This document shows, piece after piece, positions 1-10,846 of a stretch of 64,000 nucleotides of DNA. The translations under genes were made by a program, and so were the position numbers. Position 1 is the stretch's first letter. Every line of letters starts with the position of its first letter. The stretch is from the human T2T-CHM13v2.0 reference genome, Homo sapiens. The DNA lies in assembly GCF_009914755.1 (NCBI RefSeq), contig NC_060947.1, one strand, 5' to 3'. The notes beneath the pieces were generated by a model. It was not told where the DNA came from and made no database searches. It was given only the letters and a program-made list of their open reading frames with translations.

Positions 1-180
1 TATCGGTACTTCATTCCTTTTTATTGCCTAATAATATTCCATTGTATGGATAGACAGCATTTTGTTTATCCATTCACCAGTTGATGGACATTTGTGTTTC
101 CACTCTTTTGCTATTATTTGATATGAACATTTGTGTACGAGTCTTTTGGTGGACATATGCTTTCATTTCTCTTGGGTAGA
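1..180 (-). mobile_element. Old L1 (L1M/L1MB-type) fragment
   Basis: 'ttcattcctttttattgcctaataatattccattgtatgg...tatccattcaccagttgatggacattt' is typical antisense old-L1 ORF2 C-terminal sequence. Confidence 0.75.
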
Positions 181-439
181 ACTATGTTCCTAGATTAGTA
201 TAAATGCCATGTGTTAAATTTTGAGAGAAAAACAATAGAAAAGTAAGTGTGGCTCTTGGAGGGGATGGAATTTTTCACCTTCCATGTTATTCCTCTCACT
301 CTGCTCCATTTTATTGACCTTCCTATTTAGCTCTTTACTGGCCTTTTTTTTTTTGCCTATTTTCCTGTCCACTTCTTACTCCTGCCAGGGATGCTCTGGG
401 GAAAGGAAACATTTATTGACTAATATTGAAGTGCACATT

Positions 440-597
440 TAGCTCTGTAACAACCTTATGAGGTTGGTGCTATGAAACCCATTTAAAGATGAGGAAAATA
501 AGGCTCTGAGAGTGTAACTAACTTATTCAAAGTCACCCAGCCCTTAAGAGGCAGAAGTGAGATAAGCCCATCTCTATCTGATTCCAAAGCTCTTTCC
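440..597 (-). mobile_element. MIR SINE
   Basis: 'aacaaccttatgaggt...cccatttaaagatgaggaaaataaggctctgagag...caaagtcacccagc' matches the reverse complement of the MIR core. Confidence 0.75.
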
Positions 598-659
598 ATA
601 GGCTGTCTCCCAGATGAAGTGCTTATTGAAGTTCAGAGGACATACCTTGCTTCTCACTT

Positions 660-1045
660 GAGACATCAAAGATGGAGGTGTGAAGGGAGAAAACGAAGTG
701 AAAGATGATGCCAAGATTTTGATGAGCCTGTAGGAGTGGGTTGTGCAAGAGGTGGAAGGATGGTAGGTACCATAACTGAGATACTGAATACAAAGTTAGA
801 ACCTGGTTTGGGGAAGGAAGGAGTTGGTGAGTGTTCAGTTTTGGACAAATGGAATTTGAGGACATAATTCATTCAGCTGATATTTCATTGGCTTCTTTAT
901 ACAAGGCACAGTACAGGATGCTGGAGATACACTGAAGAACAAGATAGCCATGGTCACTACCCTAATGGAACCTGTGGTCTTAGTAAGGCAGAGAGACAAA
1001 ACAATGGTAATCAAGTGTAATGGGTGCCATGATAGGAGAGGAGGA
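660..1045 (-). mobile_element. L2 fragments
   Basis: 'gagtgttcagttttggacaaatggaatttgag' and 'caaggcacagtacaggatgctggagatac...ccctaatggaac' resemble antisense L2 3' region. Confidence 0.6.
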
Positions 1046-1053
1046 GGATTTAA

Positions 1054-1191
1054 CCCATTACCAGAGTTTGCAATTTTTTTAAATTTTTGCATGGGTGAAA
1101 AATCAGACCTTGGCAATGACCTTGAGTAGTAGGATATAAATAACTCCTACATCCTTAGCGTTCCAATAATGGAACACTAGGCATAAATGGG
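1054..1191. mobile_element. MER85 piggyBac-family MITE (PGBD3-derived)
   Basis: TTAA on both sides (1050-1053, 1192-1195), CCCATT...AATGGG terminal inverted repeats, ~140 bp length, and internal 'aaaatcagaccttggcaatgaccttgag...gttccaataatggaacactaggcataaatggg'. Confidence 0.9.
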
Positions 1192-1439
1192 TTAATTGAA
1201 GCATCTAGTGAAAGTGATTCTTTAAGGGTCTGAGGCTAGTAGAAAGAAAATCAAAGTAGCCATAGCTTACAGTACAGGTGGGACATAGAATTACCAGAGA
1301 TGGATATAGGAGATAAAAAGATTTAAAAGTCATTCATAGGAAAGTAAAGAGTTGATAATATTTTTTTCCTCCATTTACCCTCTTCCTATAAGGGAGGAAA
1401 ATAGGATTGCCTGCAGCCACATGGAACAGCTGGCAGTTT

Positions 1440-1720
1440 TCTGACTCTCATCCTCTTATCATCTTTGCATATGCCCTGCCCTCTTCCTGGAGTTCTGATC
1501 TCCCATCCCTTTTGTCTAGCCAACTCCTTCCTATCTTTATTATCATTTTTCAGAAAGCTTACCATGACCCCCTGTTCCATGTCCCCATAGTCTCTTGGGC
1601 CTACTTGATCACACGGTCTCATCTATTAATTGTGAGTATTCTAAGAGTTGGGACGTGTTCATCAATCCAAGTATCCCCACAGTGCCTGACACATAGTGAG
1701 ATGGATGTATGAGTGATTAA
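1440..1720 (+). mobile_element. L2 3' end
   Basis: 'tttgcatatgccctgccctcttcctgga...gtatccccacagtgcctgacacatagt'. Confidence 0.6.
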
Positions 1721-1817
1721 ACAAAAAGGACCAAATAATGAGAAAGACCTGCATCCTTTGAACAAGTGGAAGAGGCTTCATCGCTTCATGGAAAGAGAGC
1801 TTGGTCATTAGTCTAAC

Positions 1818-2018
1818 TTGGTGGTTCTTAACCAGTGGTGATTTTGCTTTTCCAAAGAACCCTTGATAATGTCTGGAGATGTTGTTCATTGTCAAAATTG
1901 GCTAGGGTATCTACTGGCATCTAGTGGGTGGAGGCCCAAGGATGACACTAACCATCCTACAGTGCACAGGACAGCCCCCCACAACAAAGTTAGTAGTGTC
2001 GAGGTCCTAGAAATCCTG
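1818..2018 (+). mobile_element. MER20 hAT-Charlie DNA transposon
   Basis: 'aatgtctggagat...ctactggcatctagtgggtggaggcc...catcctacagtgcacaggacagcccccacaacaaag'. Confidence 0.85.
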
Positions 2019-2051
2019 GCCTAATCTTGCTTAGCTCTCTCTTACCTAAAG

Positions 2052-2227
2052 CAGTTATTCTCAAAGTGTGGCCCCCAGCCGTGGCAGCATTACCTGGGAA
2101 TTGTTAGGAAAATTCTAGGGTCCTACCCCCAAATCCCTGAAGGAGAAACTCTGGGAATGGGGCCCAACACTTTATTTTAACAAACCCTCCAGGGGATTAT
2201 GATGCAGGTTAAAGTTTGAGAACTGCT
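2052..2227 (+). mobile_element. MER5A hAT-Charlie MITE
   Basis: 'cagttattctcaaagtgtgg...gcagcattacctgggaattgttag...aagtttgagaactgct' with TIR-like ends. Confidence 0.85.
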
Positions 2228-3289
2228 CCTAAAGTGAAAAATCTGGTTGGTAACAAGGCCAGCACCAGAACTCTGAGAGGAGCCAGCACAGAAATGGTTG
2301 AGGGATAATGTCAGAAAAAATCCACAGGAGGTGATGGTTTCCAGGGTGAAGGGATCATTGGTATCAAATACTGCTAGATATGAGAACAGGCAAAGATGGG
2401 GGAGACTGCCACTAATAGTTAAGACTCCTGAAATGGAAGGAGGTAAGGATGATGTTGTTACAAAGTGATGGGTTTGTGCAAGGAGGGGGTGCTGAAAGCT
2501 TTTAATTTGTACTCATCTATGCAGAAGAACTGCTTTTAAAATTTCTATTTAATGTCAGGCATGTGGGAATAGCATGCCAGGACTATCATCCCTCTAAAAC
2601 AGCAGCTCTCATTATTTTTGTGTTTTCTTCCAGGCTTTGTCTATGTACATAACTATTTTTACAGTGGAGTGTTCTGCTGTCACAATAAATACCAAGGCGT
2701 TTTCAAAGGTTACGACAGCAGGAGACAGCATTTTGACATGGCAGCAAAGATAAACTTGATCCCATTGTAAGTTTGTTCTGCTTGAGGGGAGGGTTGTTTG
2801 GTGGAATTTCTAGGAAAAGCAAGGCAGATGCACTTAGGCTAATTTTGGTTACTTGAGAAGAAAGCAATAAAAACCCCTCCGGTACAGAAATGTTTCTTAA
2901 GCCTCATTAAGGAAGCAAGGACACAGATAAGACAATGTGGAAGAAAAGGTCTCTTTTAGCGGAATAAGCTTGCATCATAAATAGTAGATATCCAAAGTGG
3001 TATCTCAGAGCCACCCTGTGGTTCCCAGATTTTATTTGGATTGTTCCTTTGGGTTGGATTATTTGCTAAAGAAGCTGTTTATTGAGTGGAGTTGAAGAGC
3101 AGGGAGGGATTTTAGAGTGTATCTATTTTGAGGGAGGGGGAATTGAAACAGGCGCTGAGGTTAGGGATTTGTTTCCCTTATAAAATGAATATATTAGGGC
3201 AGTGCTCCCTAACATTGAATATACCCTTTAAAAAAGTTATTGTGCATAGGGGACTTTTTCTCAGTCTTTTCAAAATTTGTGAATATATA

Positions 3290-3470
3290 TGTGTCAAGCA
3301 CAGTGCACACTTCACAGCCCAGGGAAATCGATGGTGTATATGCAATTTATAAATGAGGAAATTGAGGCTCAAAGAAGTGAAACAATGTGGCCAAAGTCTG
3401 ACATCAAATAAGTGTCTGGAGGGGAATTCTAAACCCTGGTATGTTTCCCTCCAAATCTAGTGTAATTTCC
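3290..3470 (-). mobile_element. MIR SINE
   Basis: 'atttataaatgaggaaattgaggctcaaagaagtgaaacaatgtggccaaagtc'. Confidence 0.65.
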
Positions 3471-3989
3471 ACAGTGACACAGTTGCCATATGTTGTCACA
3501 TTCTTAGAGGTATCTGAGACTCCTTCATTTCTCTTATCAGACTAATATGTAGTCATTACCCAAGGTTGTATATGAGGACCATAAGGGGACTTTTTCGAAA
3601 TATCTGTGTTCAGACTCCTCCCATAGAGGACCTCTGGAGTGAGAAAAAGAATAAAAGAGCACTCACCCTCTCATCTCCTAGTGTCTTTTCTTTCCCCCCT
3701 CCAGAAGCCCAGGCTGTACACAGGCCGATTTTAGAGTTGTAGAGCAGGTGGTGGGCAGGGCTGGGCTAGCCAGCAGCAGCAAGCCGATTCAGCTGTGATG
3801 GTGACAGCTGCTCCTACCCAGCTGCCCATAACTAGCTGATCTCAATCACCTGGGAGAGAGACAGGGCGCAAAAGGGTCTTTTGTGGCCACAGGCAAACTG
3901 GAGTCAAGCTGCCTGCGTTCAGATTTTATCTCTGTTGCAAACCAACGGTATGACCTTGGGTAAGCGGATCCCTTAAATTCCCCAGGAGG

Positions 3990-4395
3990 CAGAATAAAGT
4001 AGTGAGTACAGGTAAGGACGCTGAGATCTGAGGGAAGTAGGTTTAAGCTCCAGCTCTACCACATTTACTAATGATATACCCAGGGTGGACTTCATGGGCA
4101 TGCAACCTGTGCAGTCTCACAGGGCTGGGCACTTGGAAGGGCCTGTGTGTGCAGGGTTTAATCCTCTGCTCTCGCTGTCTTGAAATTCTTAATAGTTTTT
4201 GAGTAAGGGACCTTACAGTTTCATTTTGCACTGGGCCCCACAGATTATGTAGCTTGTCCCATACTGCCTTTGGGAAATTACTTAACTGCTCTGAGTCAGT
4301 TTCCTCAACCATTGAATGGCGATTGTCCTGAGACTTATATGAGAGGATGCATGTAAAGCACTTGCTTGGCACAGAGCATGGGCTCAGTAGCCAGC
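3990..4395 (+). mobile_element. MIR SINE interrupted by MER45A
   Basis: 'ccagctctaccacatttacta...' resumes as 'tgggaaattacttaactgctctgagtcagtttcctca...atgtaaagcactt' after the insertion. Confidence 0.65.
4081..4261 (+). mobile_element. MER45A hAT-Tip100 MITE
   Basis: 'cagggtggacttcatgggcatgcaacctgtgcagtc...tttcattttgcactgggccccacagattatgtagc'. Confidence 0.8.
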
Positions 4396-5569
4396 ATTAA
4401 CACAGCCCTGGGCATCAGTGTCTTCATCTATAAAAATAAAAGTGTTATATTAGAGCATGTCTAAGATTTCTTCTACAAATACAATGTACTTACAAGATTT
4501 CCTTGACCCTAACCAATAGGAAAACACTTTGGAAAACATAATGTAAGGCTTCATTTCCTTTCTTATACAGTTTTGATTTTTTTAAAAAACATGTCCATGT
4601 TAATTGTCTCTCTTGTAGCTGCTGCCTGCTAGTCTTAAAATCTCTTTTTGAAAATTCTTACAGAATGATTTTAACCTCTAACCTATTTTAAGTGTGCCTT
4701 TTATTTAGTGAATGTAATGTTGAGAGAGGGTAGGTTTGGCCTGTAGACTCTCCCAAGAGGGTGGACTTTTTAAAAACCAATGTGGAAGATAAAGTTAGGA
4801 ACAAAGTATGTGTGGAAGGGTGGGGGATTGCCGGAGGGGATAGCATGATTAAAGGGGTGTTGTGGTCTTGTTTTAAATACATCACTGGAGATGTAGAGGT
4901 CTGGTGGGGACAGTTGAAGCACAACCTCCACAAAGGTGAGGAAGAAGATAATCAAAACACAGGATGGGGGCCAACTTTGGAGAGGATAAAGGGAATGTCA
5001 TCCTCTGAAATAAGCAAAAATAGCTTGAAGATACCATGATTTTTTAATTGTATGCTGAAATACCTTAAAAGAAAGAAGGGAATACCTTCCCTACAAAGTA
5101 CCTACTATTTATACAACTCTGTAATCTCTTTGTATCCTTGTTGTTTTTACCAAAAAAGATGTTTCTTTTCTCCCTTTATTTTAGTAAAGTCTTGCTTATA
5201 GCCCACCTCTCCCACACTCCCCACCATATGACACACATTGATCATTTTTCACTTTTGATGGCTAGAGTTTAGTCCTTCACAAATACACCAGAGTTTATTT
5301 GATCACTGATCAATGAGAAAACATTTGAGAAAAAGATGATTTGTTTGAAAGAATGAACTTGTCTATAAGTCTCGTATATTGCTCATTTCTGTGTATCACA
5401 GGGTAGTTCTGAAGCTTTTTACCTGCTTTGAATAATTTCTGTCCATTCTTCCTACTTAACAAAATATAATTCATTTTCTGACAGCCAACTCAATTTGTTT
5501 GTCAGTGTCTTCCTGGAATTTAAAATTTTCCTCCAATATTAGGTAAACTTTCAGGTGATTCATTTTAAA

Positions 5570-5850
5570 TGAGAAATAAAAATTATATATATTTATCATG
5601 TATTACATGATGCTTTGAAAGGTATACATTATGGAATGGCTAAATCAAGCTAACTAACATATGTATCACTTCACATGTATTACATGATGCTTTGAAAGGT
5701 GTACATTATGGAATGGCTAAATCAAGCTAACTAACATATGTATCACTTCACATATGCTTTTTTGTGATGAGAACATTCACCATTATTGTACAATAGATTC
5801 TTGAACCTGTTTCCCCTATCTAACTGAAATTTTGTATCCTTTGACCAACA
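5570..5850 (-). mobile_element. L1MA-type 3' end fragment with internal tandem duplication
   Basis: 'aattatatatatttatcatg...gaatggctaaatcaagcta...taactgaaattttgtatcctttgaccaaca'. Confidence 0.7.
5597..5750. repeat. 77-bp tandem duplication (2 copies, 1 mismatch)
   Basis: 5597-5673 and 5674-5750 are identical except ggtAtac versus ggtGtac. Confidence 0.95.
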
Positions 5851-8800
5851 TGATTTAAAAAAAAAATTCTGCTGCCTTGCTGGCTTTACCTTAAGCTCTG
5901 CTTTCTCTGCTTTATTTTTTCTATAATTCCTGCATATTGAAGCAACTTTACTTTTATAAATACTAACTAATCATATTAAAAATCTAGTACTGTCTAATGT
6001 ATTTAGGGTTAAAGATATAAATATACCTATGATTATTGGAATGCTGAATTATATGTCTATATATGTCTCCCTTAATTTTACACTACAGTGTTAAAATAGT
6101 ATCTAAATCTAATCCTACTTTTAGGAATACCTAACAAAAAATTCAGCCATTCCCTCAACTCTGTTGAAAGCTCTGTTTCTCACTAAAGCCTATATTGGCT
6201 TTAGTGAAGCAAAATAATTTAAAACAGCCCAAAATGCTTTTTTAAAAGTATATTTTAAATACTGTAAAATAACAAGGAAGTATACAAAAACTATTTATGG
6301 ATAAATGGACTTGTGATTGGAAACATTAATATCAGCCAAATTTCCAAAAGCAGTTTCACTTAATGGCTGAAATAAAATGGAGAAAAATGTATGAAAGGTT
6401 GCCTAACAAATAGATTAGGCATAAATGACTAAAAATGAATCTGAAATTTTAAAAAAATCTGAAAGAAACTGAACTGCTGAAAATATGCATTGAAAGTTAC
6501 AAAGCAGTCCTAGTGGTGCATGGAAATGACCAGTATATAAAATGCCAATGACTGAAAATACGGAGTTTTCTCTCCAGTATTTGTTTCTTTGACCAATTCA
6601 TCTAGAGCCAATAGAGTACTGTATCCTTAATAACTGGTATTGCTTTTCAGGAAAATAAAATATGACATACCATTTAGTTTTATTAGGAAGCTAATAGGTG
6701 TACAGGGTTTTCATTGCTGATAAGGCTGAACATTTTCTAGTGTTCCTTTCTTGTTGGTGTAATGTTTTTATATCTTTAACCACTTATCTAGGGGAAAGTA
6801 GTATTAACCATAAGGGTGTATCAGAACTTTATTATTTTCTATATTAAGTTATTTCTCCATCAAAATCATGGCTACTTCTATCTATATTGCTTTCCTTTTA
6901 AACTTTTTAATTTTTAAATGTACTTTTATTGTACTGCCTCTATAATTGCAAAATGTACTTTATGTAGTCATATTCATCACGCATAGGTGACCATTTCATT
7001 TTTTGCTTTGGTATTAATGAATTTCTCTCACACATTGAGTGTAAATGCAACATTGCATTTTCTTACAGTTCTTCATAATTAAAAAAAGCTTGAATCCTTG
7101 ACTCATCTGGAATGAATTTTAATTGTTTCCCCAATAACATTTATTAAAAGTTTTTTTCCCCAATGAGCCGTTATTTCTCTACACTATAATCCAAAAAGGT
7201 TATGTGAATTCTTTTTCCAGTGTCCATTCTCCCACACAGCTGAAGTTGCTTGAATCTTATTCTAATTTCTGATTTCATGGTTAATGCATTCCCCTGTCTC
7301 TGAGCCTTACACATGTCTTTCTTTACTTTTTAATCTGGAAATCCAACCCTTATGCTACACCCCAACCACAAAATGATGATCAAACAAACAAAACTACATG
7401 TTGAAATTGCATCAGAAAATACTATGGATATTTTCTTTCATTTTTCCATGCCTCAGCTTTAGCATCTCAGTCTTAGCAGGTTTTTAATTATATTTATTTA
7501 CTTATTTTTAAGTGAAGTTTTAAAGTATTAAAGTCAAGTCTTTCAAGATTCAGCCTTTAAATCTAAATATTACTAAATTTATTCCTTTCTACTACTAGCA
7601 GCCAGACTCAGCAGCCATTGAACCTTTTTTTTTTTTTTTGAGAGTGAAAAGCAAAAGAACTCAGAGAATAATGTATTTGGACTACAATTAATTGTGTATA
7701 AGCTAAATATGAAGCTGAAACCAATATAATAAAGGTTCTCAAGATTCAATTCATCAGACTCTTAGTGGCATCATTAAGGAAATCAGTTTAAGTCTTCACA
7801 CCCAGTGTACTTTTGCCTCTGAGTCTTAGGACTTTGTAATGCTTCTGACTAGAGCCAGTCAGTCTGTATTGGAGGGGATCTGGGGGCGATTATCCTGGCT
7901 TTAGTGGCAGTTACTCTTTTCCCTTTTACTGCCATTATCAACCCTGCTCATTTCGTCCTCTGTTTTGCCCTGCTAATTTTATGCTGTTTTGCAAAGCAGC
8001 AACAGAGACAAAACATTGCTTTTAATGCAGGTGGCATTTAGGGGAAAAAAAAAACAGTTGGAAGTTTTAAGAATAAACATTATAAAATCCCTTTGAATGA
8101 CTTGAAGGGCCCAGGGTAGCATAAATGTAGAGGAGCCTTCTGCCCCTGATGGGAGACTTGTAATGTCTTCTTTCAGGATTTCTTTTTATATTCCAACAAA
8201 TAGCATCATATAAAACCAGACTGAAGAACTCTTTTTTTTTTTAATTCAATCAAGGGCCACTGACCCGCTGAAAAAAATTCAATTAAGGTTGCTGAGGGGG
8301 AAAAAAGCAACTGTTACAAAGTAAAGAAATAGAACTTGTTCAATTCATCTGGTTTTAAAATTAGGAAAAGAGAACATAAACCCCCCTTTTCAGTAAATGC
8401 AGCAAGTAATTTACAAGAAGTACTTCAGTTTTATGTTATTGGCAATTAAAAGAGAAACACAGGAGAGAGAAAAAAGAGGAGTATACTGAGTTACATACAC
8501 ATAAAGGCTAGCCCCCTCTTAAGAGGTACGGCTCTAGAATAGAAGCAACTAAATAATGCCAAACGTTGCTATTGAAAGCATTCTAAAAGATGCAGTGCAA
8601 GCTTGTGTGCGTGTATGGAAAACTATTTTACACGTTTAAAATGGCAACTATATATATTATTGTCCATCTCTTACAAATTCTTGTCTTTCTCCTTTGTTTC
8701 TGTTTGTGTGTGTGTAGAGAGAAAATATTTTCACATTGCTTTTATCACTGGGATACGGTTTTTTGTTATTATAGACTTTTCCAACTAATGTTATTTTGTA

Positions 8801-9549
8801 CATTCATTTCCATGTATTAGTGTGCTACAAATACTTATTTTAATAGCTAAATTAAATAATATCACATAGATTCCTTGAGATCAGAGACTGGATGTTTTTC
8901 CCCCAGCATTATTGTGGTATAACTGGTATACAAAAGACTGCACGTAATTAACATTACAATTTGGTGCAGAGACTGCATGTTTTGTTCACGTGCATATCAC
9001 TCAAAACAAATGATCAGTGAGTGAGGAGAATAAATGCTACATCAGAGTTGGTTCAATCACATCTCTGGGATTTTAAAAATAAATCATGAATACAGCTGTG
9101 AGGAACATCTTTTGTACAAGATGGAAGATGAGAGGTCTATTTGGGGGGACAACTGTTCTCTGAACTGGGAGTATTAGCTCAGAACAATACAGTTGGTATA
9201 TGCTGTAGTATAAACAGTTTGAGTATCTTCATTATCCACATAGCCCCACAGTTATTTGGTTTTCTCTTTATTTTTTTACTAACACGATGAGTGAATATGG
9301 TACTTCATACTCATTTACTTGTGCTTCATTTTATTCATTCCTTTTATACAAACCATCTGCTTCTAACCTCTTGTTCTGAGGAACTGGCATTAACTTTGTA
9401 TTTAGATGGGAAGCTTTTTGTGTGTCATATTGTCATACTACAGAGGTAACATTGACAGGATTCAGCAAGTGTCCAGGTGGAAAGGAAGGCCTAACCTGTT
9501 GTCCTCTTTGCCATGCTTAGTCTCCACAGTGTATATGTATACAGGGTAA

Positions 9550-9652
9550 AATATATATGAGATATATTAAAATATATTAATATACATAATGTATTATAAA
9601 ATAATATAAAATATATTAATATACATAATATAATATATATTAAAAATATAAA
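9550..9652. repeat. AT-rich low-complexity repeat
   Basis: Repeated 'aaaatatattaatatacataat' units. Confidence 0.85.
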
Positions 9653-10486
9653 ACTTTGGTGGTTGCTGCTGTGGTAAAAGGGATTTCTGCCCTTCTAATT
9701 GTATTCAGTAGATATTTATTGTTGGAGTGGGAATGCAATAGATTTTTGTGGTTTTATAATTTGCGCCTTTGTTGAACTCATTATTTTTAACTTTGTTTAT
9801 CAAACATCTTGGCCTTTTAGGTTATGTAATTACTTATATATTGTGCAAATGGTGTTGTTTTTATTTTATCTTCTTACATTACTCATTTATTTTTCCTACT
9901 TGCTTACAATGGTCAACATTTTCTAACACAGTTAATTAGGAATGATGATTGGATATCTTTTTGGGGTTTTTCTTCTTTATTTTAGATGACTACTTCTAAT
10001 GTGTCTCTCTTAATAACATTGACTTCTTTCAGACATATCATATTTGTGATAATAAAAAATCCTACTTTTAAAATTAGAAACAAATGTTGAATTTTTAGAT
10101 TTTTTACCCTATTTATTCACTTAATTGTGTTTTTACTGTTTTTCTTATGAATTGTCTTTATTTAAAATCAGCCATGCAACCTCAGACTAAAATCCAACTG
10201 ATCATGACAAACAATTCTTTTAAAGTGTTGATGTATAGCTTGCTAATATTGTATTTAGAATTTTGCATCAATGTCCAGAAATAGGAACAATCTATAATTT
10301 TCCTTGTGAGATTTTAGCCATAGATCAGGTTTAGTAATCAAGCTGACCTTAGTTTCATGAAAATAAGTTTGATAGAACACTTTTAGGAACCATTTGTACT
10401 GTAAGATTATTATTTATTTAATATTTGAACTGCTTGTGTCTTTTTTGTTTCTTTTGAAGTTTGTTGATAATATTGCTTATTTCTTT

Positions 10487-10846
10487 TCTTTCTTTCTTTC
10501 TCTCTCTTTCTCTTTCGTTCCTTCTCTTCTTTTCTTTTTTGTTTTTTTCTTTTATTTCTACAGGGTCTCACTCTGTTGCCCAGAGTGGAGTGTGGTGGGC
10601 AGTGACATAATCATAACTCGCTGTAGTCTCAAACGTTGGGGCTCAAGTGATCCTCCTACCTCAGCCTCCTGAGCAGCTAGGACAATAGGCATGCACCACC
10701 ACACTCAACTATTTAAAAAATTTTTTTTTGTAGAGACGGGATCTCACTATGTTGCCCAGGCTGGTTTCAAACTCTTGGGCTCGAATATCCTCACACCTTG
10801 ACTTCCCAAAGTGCTGGGATTAGAGGGGTGAGCCACCGTGCCTGGC
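10487..10846 (-). mobile_element. Alu (AluJ-like) with CT-rich degenerate tail
   Basis: Dimeric Alu; 18-bp TSD aatattgcttatttcttt at 10469-10486 and 10847-10864. Confidence 0.95.

Noticed and set aside
1054-1191. Possible snRNA/snoRNA pseudogene
   Set aside because: TTAA flanks and TIRs identify a piggyBac MITE.
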